DNA from: Vulcanimicrobiota bacterium
Lineage (GTDB): Bacteria; Vulcanimicrobiota; Vulcanimicrobiia; Vulcanimicrobiales; Vulcanimicrobiaceae
Length of the DNA stretch: 64,000 bases
Assembly (NCBI GenBank): GCA_963777315.1
Contig: CAVZQC010000004.1
Coordinates: forward strand, 576,001 to 640,000
Direction of reading: 5' to 3'
A program made the translations under genes and the position numbers. Numbering within the stretch: position 1 is the first letter of the stretch; each line of letters starts with the position of its first letter. This document shows, in pieces, positions 22,254 through 32,904 of the stretch. Below the pieces are notes generated by a model, which was not told the origin of the DNA, searched no databases, and was given only the letters and a program-made list of their open reading frames with translations.

Positions 22254-23525
22254 ATGGAAACCGTCGCTTCGCCGGTGGGCGCTTTCTCTCGCGAAGCACT
22301 GGCCGATTGGTACCGCCGCAACCGCGAACGTTCGGCAAATCTGTTCGGGCTCGTCGACCCAGCCGCGTACTACTCGCGCCCCATTCCGCTGCGCCATCCG
22401 TTCGCCTTTTACGAAGGACACATCCCGGCATTCAGCTTCCTGGTCGTCAACGAGCGAGCTTTGGGCGAACGGCCGCTGGATGAACGCCTGGAACGGATCT
22501 TCGAACGCGGCATCGATCCGGGAGACGTTCGCGACGCAGCGCGGCACACGCGATCGGACTGGCCGTCCAAAGAAACGATCGAAGCGTTCGGCCTCGCATG
22601 CGACGATCGATTGTACGACGCAATCGCACACGCGCGGCTGGTGGATCCTTCAATTCCGCGCCTGGTTCGGGGGCAAGCGATCTTCACTGCGCTCGAGCAC
22701 GAGCAGATGCATCATGAAACGCTCACGTACATCATCCACCGCTTGCCGCCCGAGCTCAAAGGGCGGATAGAGCAGCTGCATCACGACACGCCGGCTCCAC
22801 GCAACGAGTTCGTCGCCATACCGGCGGGCACGGCAACATTGGGTGCGCGCTCCGATGCGATCCCGTTCGGATGGGACAACGAGTTTTGCGAGCACCGCGT
22901 CGGCGTGAACGCATTTTCGGTGCAGCGGTATCCGGTGACCAACGGCGATTATCTGCAGTTCGTTCGCGATGGCGGGCCGGTTGCGCCGTTTTGGCTGGCC
23001 CGCGACGGTGAATTTCTGCTGCGCGGCGTATTCGAGGAACTCCCGATGCCGCTGTCGTGGCCCGTCTATGCCGGCTACGAACAGGCCGCCGCATACGCGG
23101 CGTGGGCCGGCTGCCGCTTGATGACCGAACCCGAGTACCACCGCGCGGCGTTCGGCACGCCGGCCGGCGACGAGCGTTCGTACCCCTGGGGCGAAGAGCC
23201 GCCGCACGCGTTGCATGGAAATTTTGATTTTCAGCGCTTCGATCCGCAGCCGGTCGACGCGTATCCGGCCGGCGCCAGCGCGTGGGGCGTGTACGATCTC
23301 GTCGGCAACGGCTGGGAGTGGACGTCCAGTACGTTCGCTCCATTCGAAGGCTTTGCGCCGATGGCGAGCTATCCCCAGTACAGCGCGGACTTTTTCGACG
23401 GACGGCACTTCGTGCTCAAGGGCGCTTCGCCCGTAACGGCCCGCGAATCGATCCGCCGCTCGTTGCGCAACTGGTTCTACGCCGACTATCCGTACATGTA
23501 CGCAAAGTTCCGGCTGTGCCGGTAA
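22254..23525 (+). CDS. EgtB/OvoA-like non-heme iron sulfoxide synthase (DinB + FGE-sulfatase domains)
   Basis: PLRHPFAFYEGH, EHEQMH, FGWDNE, GNGWEWT and YSADFFD motifs. Confidence 0.82.
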   Translation: METVASPVGAFSREALADWYRRNRERSANLFGLVDPAAYYSRPIPLRHPFAFYEGHIPAFSFLVVNERALGERPLDERLERIFERGIDPGDVRDAARHTRSDWPSKETIEAFGLACDDRLYDAIAHARLVDPSIPRLVRGQAIFTALEHEQMHHETLTYIIHRLPPELKGRIEQLHHDTPAPRNEFVAIPAGTATLGARSDAIPFGWDNEFCEHRVGVNAFSVQRYPVTNGDYLQFVRDGGPVAPFWLARDGEFLLRGVFEELPMPLSWPVYAGYEQAAAYAAWAGCRLMTEPEYHRAAFGTPAGDERSYPWGEEPPHALHGNFDFQRFDPQPVDAYPAGASAWGVYDLVGNGWEWTSSTFAPFEGFAPMASYPQYSADFFDGRHFVLKGASPVTARESIRRSLRNWFYADYPYMYAKFRLCR

Positions 23526-25147
23526 AAGTCGGCTGCGTCCTGCTTGCGGCGCTTCTGCTTGCTTCGGGCTGCACCAAACAAACGACGAGTGGTGCGAGCG
23601 TGGCCCCGGCGGGCACGGGCGTGCTGCGCGTGGCCATTTACGCCGAACCGACTTCGCTCAATCCAATGTTGTCGACGGACACCGCCGAGAATTTCCTCAA
23701 CAGCCTTTCATTCGACGAACTGGTCACTATCGACGATCGCGGCAACGACGTTGCGGACCTGGCATCGGTGGTTCCGACGCTGCAAAACCGCGGGATCAGC
23801 CCGGACGGGATGACGATCCTCTATCATCTGCGGCATAACGTCAAATGGCAGGACGGCGCGCCGTTCACGAGCGCCGACGTGAAGTTCTCCTGGCAAGCCG
23901 TCATGAATCCGAACAACAACGTCGTCGAGCGGCGCGGCTACGACCAGGTCGCGTCGGTCGATACGCCGGACGCGTACACCGTCGTTTTTCACTTGAAACG
24001 GCCGTTTGCGCCGTTCATCGACACGGTCTTCGGCGAATCCGACGATCCGTTTCGCATCGTGCCCAAGCACATTCTGGGCAAGTATGCGGACATCAACCGC
24101 GTGCCGTTCAATCAGCAGCCCATCGGCACGGGGCCGTTCAAAGTCACGCGCTGGATCCACGGAGACCGGATCGAGTTTACCGCCAATCCGTTCTACTTCC
24201 GCGGCGTGCCCAAGCTCAAAGGCATCACCGTCTTCGACGTTCCGGACAGCAATACGCAGGAAGCGCAGTTGCGTTCGCACGACGTCGATTTGGCGATCGA
24301 CATCTCCACGGCCAATATCAATAATCTCCGCGTGCATCCGACGGCGGGCGTGACGACGTTGCTCGCAAAAAGTCCGGCATATAACTCGATCGACTTCAAT
24401 CTCAAGCATTCGCCGCTGGACGACGTGCGCGTGCGGCGCGCGCTGACGTATGCGATCGACGAAAAGCGCATCATCGATACTCTGACGTACGGCACCGGCG
24501 TGCCGGCCGTCGCCGATCTGGCGGATTTTTACTGGGCTTTCGATCCCTCGATCAAAGTGCACCCGTACGACCCGCAGCAAGCCGGCGCGCTGCTCGACGC
24601 CGCCGGCTGGACGCAAGGCGCAGGCGGAATGCGCAGCAAAAACGGCCGCCCGCTGTCGCTGCAGCTCGTGTACGGCGCCGGGAGTCCGACGGCGCGGCAG
24701 ATCGGCGTGCAGGTGCAGTCCGATCTGCACACGATCGGCGTCGACGTGCAGGTCAAGACGTACACGTACACGGTTCTCTACGCCACCAAGGCAATGGGCG
24801 GTATTCTCAACAACGGCAAGTTCGACTTAGCGGAGTACGCCTGGGTTGCCGGCGCGGATCCAGACGATTCGTCCGGCTGGATGTGCAATCAGACCCCGCC
24901 CGCCGGCAACAACATCACGCTGTATTGCGACCCTGTGCTGGATGCGGCCGAGCGCGATGCGCTCGCGCATTTCGATCGGAGCCGGCGCAAAAAAGACTAC
25001 GCGATTACGCAGCGGCTGCTGGTGCAAGACGCGCCGGCAGCGTTTCAATACTATCAGCGCAGACGCTACGCGCTGAGCACGAATTTGCAAAACTTCCGCC
25101 CGAACGGCATCAGCGAAGGCTGGAACGCGTTCGACTGGAACATCTGA
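23516..25147 (+). CDS. Peptide ABC transporter substrate-binding lipoprotein (family 5)
   Basis: Lipobox LASGC, KWQDGAPFTSADV, GTGPF and RVRRAL motifs. Confidence 0.9.
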   Translation: MPVKVGCVLLAALLLASGCTKQTTSGASVAPAGTGVLRVAIYAEPTSLNPMLSTDTAENFLNSLSFDELVTIDDRGNDVADLASVVPTLQNRGISPDGMTILYHLRHNVKWQDGAPFTSADVKFSWQAVMNPNNNVVERRGYDQVASVDTPDAYTVVFHLKRPFAPFIDTVFGESDDPFRIVPKHILGKYADINRVPFNQQPIGTGPFKVTRWIHGDRIEFTANPFYFRGVPKLKGITVFDVPDSNTQEAQLRSHDVDLAIDISTANINNLRVHPTAGVTTLLAKSPAYNSIDFNLKHSPLDDVRVRRALTYAIDEKRIIDTLTYGTGVPAVADLADFYWAFDPSIKVHPYDPQQAGALLDAAGWTQGAGGMRSKNGRPLSLQLVYGAGSPTARQIGVQVQSDLHTIGVDVQVKTYTYTVLYATKAMGGILNNGKFDLAEYAWVAGADPDDSSGWMCNQTPPAGNNITLYCDPVLDAAERDALAHFDRSRRKKDYAITQRLLVQDAPAAFQYYQRRRYALSTNLQNFRPNGISEGWNAFDWNI

Positions 25148-25176
25148 TCGAAACGTCTGCCAAAGGAGCCTCTTTC

Positions 25177-26634
25177 GTGACCACGACTGCGAGCGCGACG
25201 AAAACCCCAATCACCGTGGCGTACGGGGACGGCATCGGTCCCGAAATCATGGACGCGACGTTGCGCATCATTCGAGGCGCGGGCGCGCGGCTCGATGTAG
25301 AGCGCATCGAAATCGGCGAGAGCGTCTACAATCGCGGCCTGAGCAACGGCATCGAAGACGACTCCTGGGACTCGCTGCGCCGTACGAAAGTGTTCCTCAA
25401 AGCGCCCATCACCACGCCGCAGGGCGGAGGGTTCAAATCGCTCAACGTCACGGTGCGCAAAACGCTGGGCATGTACGCCAACGTTCGCCCGTGCGCTTCG
25501 CTGCATCCGTTCGTTGCGACCAAACATCCCAACATGGATTTGGTGATCGTACGCGAGAACGAGGAAGACGTGTACGGCGGCATCGAGCACCGTCAGACCC
25601 AGCAAGTTACCCAGTGCTTGAAGCTGATCTCTCGACCGGGCAGCGAGCGGATCGTGCGCTATGCATTCGAGTATGCGCGCGCGAACAAACGCAAGAAAGT
25701 CACGTGTTTTACCAAAGACAACATCATGAAGATCACCGACGGCTTATTTCACAAAGTGTTCGACGAGATCGCGCGAGAGTATCCCGATATCGCCAACGAG
25801 CACTGGATCGTCGACATCGGCGCGGCGAAGATGGCCGATACGCCTGAAGCGTTTGACGTACTGGTCATGCCGAATCTGTACGGCGATGTGCTCTCCGACG
25901 TCGCTGCCCAGATTACCGGATCCGTCGGCCTTGCCGGATCGGCAAATATCGGCGATCGCTGCTCCATGTTCGAAGCGATCCATGGATCTGCGCCGCGGCG
26001 CGCGGGACAGAACCTCGCCAACCCGTCGGGATTACTGCACGGCGGACTGCTGATGCTCGCGCACATCGGCCAGGGTGAGGTCGCGCAAACCGTACACAAC
26101 GCCTGGCTGAGCACCATAGAAGACGGCATCCACACGTACGACATCTACGAACAAGGCGTGAGCCGGCAAAAGGTCGGCACCAAAGAGTTCGCCGACGCGG
26201 TCATCGAGCGCTTGGGGCGCAAACCGCAACAGCTCAAAGCCGTCGAGTACGCTAAAGACGCGCAGATGGATATCGCGGTGCGCGCCGCCGGTGCCGCGGC
26301 CAAAAAAGCGCGCGTCGGCGTCGACGTTTTCATCGACGCGCCCGAGGGTAATCCCGATGCGATTGCCGCAAAACTGCGAGCCGCCGGCATCGACGGCGCG
26401 GAGCTGACCGTCATCAGCAACCGCGGCACCAAGGTCTGGCCGGGTGGAAATCCGGACACGTTTTGGAGCGATCACTGGTGCTGCCGGTTCGAGGGCAACG
26501 GCGCCGGCTTCGATTCCAGGCGCGTCGTGCGCGTCATTGAAGCGGTCGCAAACGCCGGCTTCGACGTCGTCAAAACCGAGGGCTTGTACACGTTCGACGG
26601 TGCGCGGGGGTATTCGTTAGCCCAGGGGCAATAG
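25177..26634 (+). CDS. icd: NADP-dependent isocitrate dehydrogenase
   Basis: GDGIGPEI, KAPITTP, REN, NLYGDVLSD and FEAIHGSAP motifs. Confidence 0.95.
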   Translation: MTTTASATKTPITVAYGDGIGPEIMDATLRIIRGAGARLDVERIEIGESVYNRGLSNGIEDDSWDSLRRTKVFLKAPITTPQGGGFKSLNVTVRKTLGMYANVRPCASLHPFVATKHPNMDLVIVRENEEDVYGGIEHRQTQQVTQCLKLISRPGSERIVRYAFEYARANKRKKVTCFTKDNIMKITDGLFHKVFDEIAREYPDIANEHWIVDIGAAKMADTPEAFDVLVMPNLYGDVLSDVAAQITGSVGLAGSANIGDRCSMFEAIHGSAPRRAGQNLANPSGLLHGGLLMLAHIGQGEVAQTVHNAWLSTIEDGIHTYDIYEQGVSRQKVGTKEFADAVIERLGRKPQQLKAVEYAKDAQMDIAVRAAGAAAKKARVGVDVFIDAPEGNPDAIAAKLRAAGIDGAELTVISNRGTKVWPGGNPDTFWSDHWCCRFEGNGAGFDSRRVVRVIEAVANAGFDVVKTEGLYTFDGARGYSLAQGQ

Positions 26635-26651
26635 CGGAAACAACTTCAGGG

Positions 26652-29138
26652 ATGAACGCTTCCGACACCGTTTCCTACCGCCCGAATATTACCACGACTC
26701 TGGATGGAAGCACGAAGCTGCGCTGGCCGCACAACTTCGGCGCCTACCGCTTAGCCGACCACGACCTGGCGTGCGGCAGCACGTTGGGAAGCCCGAAGCT
26801 GCAGCTGCAAATCAAGGCCACCGGCGCGCTGGACCACGTTTACAGCGTCGATGCCGGGAAATCGCTCTTCGGTGCTTTCGTGCTCAAGCATTGGGATGAA
26901 ACCACGGGAATGAAGCTCGAGACGAATTCCGGGCACTTTTTTCTCTATCCCGAACATCAAGAACACCGGTACATGCTCAGCAACGGCGTGTACGTGTTCG
27001 AGGACATCTTCGTCTACAGCCCCGATCCCGGAGAAAACGGCGAGGTCGCGCCTCCTCTGGCGTACTACGTGGTCAAGTTCACCAATGACTCGGAGGAAGA
27101 GCAGCGCATTGGTTCGTACGCTTTTGCGCGGTTGAGCACGAAAGTCGAAGAGGACGTCGCGGTCACTTACGACGATACGCTCCACGCGTTCGTCGCGTTC
27201 GACAAGAAAGACGGAGCGTCGGCGCGCGCGTTCGGCGCATCGCGCAAGCCGATCAGCTGCGAGGTTTCGCTGGATCACGCCAAGGCCGTCACCAGCACGT
27301 GGCCGGGAAAGCTTTCGGGTGAAACGGCCGCGCCGGCGGGCATGCCGTGCGCGATCATGCAGTTCTCAACCGTCCTGGGCAAACGCGAATCCGCCGGCAT
27401 CGTCTTCACGTTTGCCGTTTGCGCCGGCGATCCGCGCGAAGTTCGCCGCATCTATCGTGAAGCTCCCAAGGCAAAAAAAGCGCTGGAAGAAACCCAAGCG
27501 CACTACCATGGATCGCTCGAAAGTTCGGTAGCGATTACGCCCAACCCCGAGATCAATCGCGGCGTGATGTGGGCCAAAGCCAATATGGAGCGGGTGCTGC
27601 TCAAACCGCCCAGCGGGTGGTCGATCACCAACGACCCGATGGATTCCACCAAAGCGGTCGGCCGCGACGTGGCTTGGTTCTGCGCGGGCACGGATTATTT
27701 TCGGCCGGAGTTTTCCCGCGAATGTCTGCTGCAGTTCGTGCGCCGCCAGCAGCCCGAGGGTAAAATCGTCGAGTACTACGACATGCTCTCGGACAAGACC
27801 GACGATTACGGTTTGAACATCAACGACAACACGCCGCTGCTCGTGTGGAGTCTGTGGCACCACTATCAAATCACGGGCGACCGCGACTTTCTGCACGAGG
27901 TGTACGAGGCCGCAGTCAAGGCCGGCCGCTACATCGCCGCGCAGCGCAACGAGGACGGCTTAGTGTGGTGCTCGTCGGACAAAACCGGCGCGCACGGCAT
28001 AGTCGGCTGGCGCAACGTCATCGAAGGCTACCGCCTCAGCGGGGCGACCACGGAGATCAACAGTGAGTGCTATGCGGCATTTCGCTGCATCGCGCACATG
28101 GCCAAGGAAAACGGCGACCCGGATACCCAAGCCGAATTCGACCGGCTTGCGGGCGAACTCAAGGACGCCGTCAACAGCAAGCTGTACAATCCGGGCAACG
28201 GCTTGTACTACCTCAACATCGACGTCGACGGGCGCCCGCGCAGCGACATCACGGCCGACCTGGTCTTTCCGGTCATGTTCGGTGTGGCCGAGCGGGACGC
28301 GGCCGCCCACGTGGTGCGGCGCCTGAGCGATCGCGATTTTTGGACGCCGGGCGGAATGCGGACCATTCCGCACGACGCGATCAACTACACGCCCGATGAA
28401 GCCAGCGGGTGTTTGGGCGGGGTGTGGAACGGCGTGACGTTTTGGTTCGCAAAAGCGGCTGCGTCGTACATTCCGGGGCTTTCCGACGAAGCGCTCACGA
28501 ACGGATTTGAAAACTACGCGCGCGATCCCCAGCGCAACAACACCGTACCGGGACAGTTTTCCGAATGGCTGCATGGTGAGACGCTCGTGAACGAGGGCAT
28601 GTCGCTTTCGCCGTGGTTTCCTCCGCGATACGTGTGGGCGGTGATCGAAGGAATGCTCGGACTTGACATATCGGACGACCGCGCCAAACTTTCGCCGCAC
28701 ATGCCGGCAGACTGGAGCTGGTGCGGCCTGCGGAATTTTCTGTATCGCGGCAGGCGCATCACCTGGTTCGTTGCGCGTTTCCCCGAGCTGCTCGCGTGGT
28801 CGAACGAGCGCTTCGATTCGCAGCTGAACGTCGAAGTGTTACAAGACGATCTGACGCTGCGGTTCGAAAGCAGCGGCGATGAAGTGCTGCCGATTGCCGT
28901 GGGGAACGAAGACAAGATCGTCGGCCTGCTGGGAAGCACGAGCGATCGCGCCGTGACGACCGCGTTCAGGCTGCGCGAACCGCAAGAGGGAACGTACGAG
29001 ATTCGCCGCTACGACAGCCTCCAGCGGTGCTGGGGCGAAGGCTCACGCGTCCCGGCCGCGGAGCTCGAACGCGGCATGACCGCCGCGGTCGAGCCTCACG
29101 GTTTTCATCTGATCGAGATGCGGCACGTCGCCGGCTAG
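26652..29138 (+). CDS. (alpha/alpha)6 glycoside hydrolase (amylo-alpha-1,6-glucosidase/GH116-like)
   Basis: GRDVAW, DNTPL, GGVW and GQFSEW motifs. Confidence 0.75.
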   Translation: MNASDTVSYRPNITTTLDGSTKLRWPHNFGAYRLADHDLACGSTLGSPKLQLQIKATGALDHVYSVDAGKSLFGAFVLKHWDETTGMKLETNSGHFFLYPEHQEHRYMLSNGVYVFEDIFVYSPDPGENGEVAPPLAYYVVKFTNDSEEEQRIGSYAFARLSTKVEEDVAVTYDDTLHAFVAFDKKDGASARAFGASRKPISCEVSLDHAKAVTSTWPGKLSGETAAPAGMPCAIMQFSTVLGKRESAGIVFTFAVCAGDPREVRRIYREAPKAKKALEETQAHYHGSLESSVAITPNPEINRGVMWAKANMERVLLKPPSGWSITNDPMDSTKAVGRDVAWFCAGTDYFRPEFSRECLLQFVRRQQPEGKIVEYYDMLSDKTDDYGLNINDNTPLLVWSLWHHYQITGDRDFLHEVYEAAVKAGRYIAAQRNEDGLVWCSSDKTGAHGIVGWRNVIEGYRLSGATTEINSECYAAFRCIAHMAKENGDPDTQAEFDRLAGELKDAVNSKLYNPGNGLYYLNIDVDGRPRSDITADLVFPVMFGVAERDAAAHVVRRLSDRDFWTPGGMRTIPHDAINYTPDEASGCLGGVWNGVTFWFAKAAASYIPGLSDEALTNGFENYARDPQRNNTVPGQFSEWLHGETLVNEGMSLSPWFPPRYVWAVIEGMLGLDISDDRAKLSPHMPADWSWCGLRNFLYRGRRITWFVARFPELLAWSNERFDSQLNVEVLQDDLTLRFESSGDEVLPIAVGNEDKIVGLLGSTSDRAVTTAFRLREPQEGTYEIRRYDSLQRCWGEGSRVPAAELERGMTAAVEPHGFHLIEMRHVAG

Positions 29139-29683
29139 CGTTCGGACGTTTGTTCCAGTAAATCGACCATGTCGTTGGCGTGCTCTTCTTCGACCGCCAA
29201 GATTTGCTCGAGCATGCGGCGCGTCGTTGGATCGTTGTCGCCGAAAAAGCGAATCATTTCTCGATACGATTCGATGGCGACGCGTTCGGCGACCAAATTT
29301 TCCTTGATCATGTCGACCAAATCGTTGCCTTCCTTGTACTCCGAATGGCTGCGCGAAGCCATACCTTCGGGATTGAAGTTCGGCTCGCCGTTCAATTGCG
29401 TGATGCGGTCGGCGATCATGTCGGCGTGCTGCTGCTCTTCGTTGGCGTGGGTCAAAAATTCGTCGGCGACCGCGTCTTTGTTGATGCCGCGGGCCATGTA
29501 ATAGTGTCGCTTGTAGCGTAACACGCATACTAGCTCGGTAGCCAGCGCCTGGTTGAGCACGTCTACGGCTTGGCTCAGGTCGCCGCGATAGTCGCTGGTG
29601 ATGGGTCCGCGCATCATATTCTCGCGGGCACGGCGGCGAAGCTCTTGAACGTCGGAAAGAAACGGAGTCGCACTGGTTGTCAT
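29135..29683 (-). CDS. Ferritin-like (bacterioferritin/Dps-like) protein
   Basis: LNQALATE, EEQQH, ERVAI and EEEH diiron ligand motifs. Confidence 0.88.
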   Translation of the reverse strand: MTTSATPFLSDVQELRRRARENMMRGPITSDYRGDLSQAVDVLNQALATELVCVLRYKRHYYMARGINKDAVADEFLTHANEEQQHADMIADRITQLNGEPNFNPEGMASRSHSEYKEGNDLVDMIKENLVAERVAIESYREMIRFFGDNDPTTRRMLEQILAVEEEHANDMVDLLEQTSER

Positions 29684-29707
29684 GATCCACCTATACCCGC
29701 GCGCCGC

Positions 29708-30337
29708 TCATAAGGCCTGCCTGCTCGGATCTGCGGTAAGCCCGGCCAGGTGGTCCGCAGCGCATTCCGAGCGCAGTGCCCAATACCCGTCCGCCGTTTC
29801 AAACTGCGCGTAACATGCGTTGAGGGCCCGTACGTTCCGCAACTCTTCCAACGCCTGTCCGGTTCGTTCCAAAATCGCGAGTCGCAGGACTACGTCGTGC
29901 GTCATCACGAGCGTATCCGCGTCGGGACGAAAAGTCGCCGCAAACGCTTTCCATCGCGCGGCCACGTCCTCCAATCTCTCTCCACCGGCGAACCGCACGC
30001 ATTCGGGCCGCTCGCGCCACTGCCGGTACAGTAGCGGTTCGCTGCGCGCGATCTCGTCGCGGTAGCGGCCCTCCCACGTGCCGTGAGCGATCTCGATCAG
30101 CAAAGGATCCGTTTCTATGTCGATTCCGATTGCCGTTGCCAGCGGCTGGGCGGTTTGTCTGCAGCGTTCGAGCGGACTGGAAACGATTCGCCGAATGCCT
30201 TTGCCGCGAAGATCGTCGGCCAGCGCCTGCGCCTGCGCCCGGCCGAGTTCCGAAAGCGGCGTCTCCAAACGGCCTTGATAGCGTCCGGCCGCGTTCCATG
30301 TGCTTTCGGCGTGGCGCGCGATCCGAATGACGGCCAT
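29708..30337 (-). CDS. Histidine phosphatase, probable phosphoserine phosphatase
   Basis: RHAESTWN and SSPL motifs, directly downstream of serA. Confidence 0.85.
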   Translation of the reverse strand: MAVIRIARHAESTWNAAGRYQGRLETPLSELGRAQAQALADDLRGKGIRRIVSSPLERCRQTAQPLATAIGIDIETDPLLIEIAHGTWEGRYRDEIARSEPLLYRQWRERPECVRFAGGERLEDVAARWKAFAATFRPDADTLVMTHDVVLRLAILERTGQALEELRNVRALNACYAQFETADGYWALRSECAADHLAGLTADPSRQAL

Positions 30338-30341
30338 TGCA

Positions 30342-31925
30342 CTACAGAACGGCCGCGTCGACGCGCTGCATGCCGGCAATGGCGCGAATCGCGTCGAGTT
30401 GGCCACGCGACGCAGGTTCGTCGATCGCCAGGACCATGAGCGCGCGGCCGGCGCGGGCGTCGCGCGCGACCTGCATCGTGGAGATGTTCACTCCGGTTGC
30501 GCCCAGGATCGTGCCCACACGCCCTACCATGCCCGGGACGTCTTCGTGCCGCGTCACGATCCAAGCCCCGTGCGGATTGACGTCGAGCTCGTATCCGTCG
30601 ATCTGCACGATGCGCGGACCGCCCGGCAGCACGGTGCCGCCGATGCGGTGGTCGCCCGCGTCGACGTAGGCCAGCGACGAAAACGCGGAAGCGTGTTTTT
30701 CGGAGACGACCTCGAGCGTTACGCCGATCTCTTGCGCAACGGCGCGCGCGTTCACGATCGAAACGCGACGCTCGGTCGTCGTTTGCAGCAGTGCCGCCAG
30801 AAATGCCGTTTGCAGCGGTTCGGTACTGCAGGCGGCGATTTCGCCGCTCAGATGCATGCGCAGAGGCGAGCGCAGCGCTCCTTCGAACAGTTGCGGCACC
30901 AAACGTCCGAGGTGATCGGCCACCTCCACAAAGGAACGCACCAGTTGCGCATCGGCACCGCAAGGCGCAGGCGCATTGACCGCACCAATCGCCGGCCGTC
31001 CTCGCAGCGCATCGGCGATGTCCGTCGCCAGTTCGATGGCGATGCGCTCGAGAGCTTCGTGCGTCGAACCGCCCAAATGCGGCGTAGCGATCACCTTCGG
31101 ATGCCGCTGCAGCTGCGCGCCGGCAGTGTCGGCCGCGGGCGGTTCTTGCGCAATTACGTCGATTGCCGCCGCCCGAATCGTTCCGCCGTCGAGCGCGGCC
31201 AACAGCGCGCGTTCGTCTACGATGCCGCCGCGCGCGCAATTGATCAGCACGGCGGTGGGTTTCATGCGCGCGAGCGCAGGCCCATCGACGATTGCGCGCG
31301 TCTGCTCGGTGAGCGGAACGTGCAGCGTGACGACGTCGGAGGACGAGAGCAGTTCGGGCAGCGGCAGCAGCACGGCTTCCAGTGCTCGGGCACGCGTTTC
31401 GGGAACGAACGGATCGTGAGCGACGACCCGCATTCCGAACGCTCGAGCGCGCTCGCAAACCGCACCGCCGATACGCCCCAAACCGAGGATGCCTAGGGTC
31501 TTGCCGTAGAGCTCGTTTCCAATGAACGGCGCGCGTTCCCAGCTGCCGCTGCGAACGCACGCGACGGCCTGCGGAAGGTGCCGCATCAAGGCGAGCAGCA
31601 GCGCAAAAGTCTGTTCCGTTGCTGCTATGGTGTTTGCCGCCGGCGTGTTGACGACCACGATGCCCGCCCGGGTGGCGGCGCCCACGTCGATCGCATCGAC
31701 GCCCACGCCCGCGCGTCCCACCACGCGCATGCGCCCGGCGCCCGCAAGCAATTCTGCGTCCACGCGGGTCTCGGATCGAACGATCAGCCCTTCGGCGTCG
31801 ACCAGCGCGCGCAGCAGCTCTTCACGCGAACGTCCAACGCAGTCGATCACGCCGATGCCGCGCTCCTGCAGCACCTCGCGGCCGCACGGCGCAAACGGTT
31901 CGGCGATCACCACTCGCATAGACAT
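30342..31925 (-). CDS. serA: D-3-phosphoglycerate dehydrogenase
   Basis: GRAGVGVD, GLGRIG, NCARG and TPHLG motifs, C-terminal ACT domain. Confidence 0.93.
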   Translation of the reverse strand: MSMRVVIAEPFAPCGREVLQERGIGVIDCVGRSREELLRALVDAEGLIVRSETRVDAELLAGAGRMRVVGRAGVGVDAIDVGAATRAGIVVVNTPAANTIAATEQTFALLLALMRHLPQAVACVRSGSWERAPFIGNELYGKTLGILGLGRIGGAVCERARAFGMRVVAHDPFVPETRARALEAVLLPLPELLSSSDVVTLHVPLTEQTRAIVDGPALARMKPTAVLINCARGGIVDERALLAALDGGTIRAAAIDVIAQEPPAADTAGAQLQRHPKVIATPHLGGSTHEALERIAIELATDIADALRGRPAIGAVNAPAPCGADAQLVRSFVEVADHLGRLVPQLFEGALRSPLRMHLSGEIAACSTEPLQTAFLAALLQTTTERRVSIVNARAVAQEIGVTLEVVSEKHASAFSSLAYVDAGDHRIGGTVLPGGPRIVQIDGYELDVNPHGAWIVTRHEDVPGMVGRVGTILGATGVNISTMQVARDARAGRALMVLAIDEPASRGQLDAIRAIAGMQRVDAAVL

Positions 31926-31978
31926 GGCGCGGGCGTACGAGCCAAGGGCCGCCGCCCCCTTGCGTCGTAGCCGTCGAG

Positions 31979-32830
31979 GTGGCCAAAGATGATGCGCACC
32001 GCTTGGCGGTGCGCAAGATGTACAAACTCTTCATCAACGGCGCCTTCGTGCGATCGGAGTCCGGCCGCAGCGATCCGCTTTGGAACGGCGACGACTTCGG
32101 CGGCAATATCGCGCGCGGGTCCCGCAAGGACGTTCGCGATGCGGTCCTCGCAGCGCGCGCCGCACAGGCGAAATGGTGGAGAATCGCTGCATCGACGCGC
32201 GGACTGATCCTCTATCGCGTCGCCGAGATGCTGGAAGCGCGCCGCGCGGAGTTTATCGAATTGCTCGGCGACGCGCAGGAAGCCGATGCGGCCATAGACC
32301 GCACCGTCTGGTACGCGGGCTGGTGCGACAAGTATGCCGTGCTGCTCTCGACGCGCAACCCCGTGGCCGGTCCGCACTTCAATTTTTCCACCGCCGAGCC
32401 CATGGGCGTCGTCGGATTGCTCGCGCCCGACGAGCCGTCGCTGCTGGGGCTGGTTTCCGTGCTGCTGCCGCCGCTGGTCGCGGGAAACGCCGTCGTGCTG
32501 ATTGCCTCAGAAAAAGAACCGCGCACAGCCGTGCTGTTTGCCGAGATCCTGTCGACGGGCGACGTTCCGCCGGGGGTGGTCAACGTCATCACCGGCCTTC
32601 GCAGCGAACTGGGACCGGTGCTTGCCAAACACATGGACGTCAACGCTCTGGGATTTGTCAACGGCACGCAAAGCGCGCAGCTCCAGACGCTGGGCGCCCA
32701 GAACGTCAAGCGCACGCACCGGCTTACGCAGCTCGATCGAGCTGCATGGTTTGCGCCGCAAGCGCAGAGCCTGGACGAGATTGCGGCATACAGCGAGATC
32801 AAGACGATTTGGCACCCCGCCGGCATTTGA
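31979..32830 (+). CDS. Short ALDH-family protein lacking the catalytic domain
   Basis: YKLFING, EPMGVVG and PPGVVNVITG motifs. No ELGG or catalytic Cys segment. Confidence 0.85.
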   Translation: MAKDDAHRLAVRKMYKLFINGAFVRSESGRSDPLWNGDDFGGNIARGSRKDVRDAVLAARAAQAKWWRIAASTRGLILYRVAEMLEARRAEFIELLGDAQEADAAIDRTVWYAGWCDKYAVLLSTRNPVAGPHFNFSTAEPMGVVGLLAPDEPSLLGLVSVLLPPLVAGNAVVLIASEKEPRTAVLFAEILSTGDVPPGVVNVITGLRSELGPVLAKHMDVNALGFVNGTQSAQLQTLGAQNVKRTHRLTQLDRAAWFAPQAQSLDEIAAYSEIKTIWHPAGI

Positions 32831-32904
32831 GTGCACGCGGTTAAGTAAAGTCTTGGATATGCGGTAGGCCGGGGCGCCGGGCCCAGCCAAGTTACTGGTC
32901 CGTT

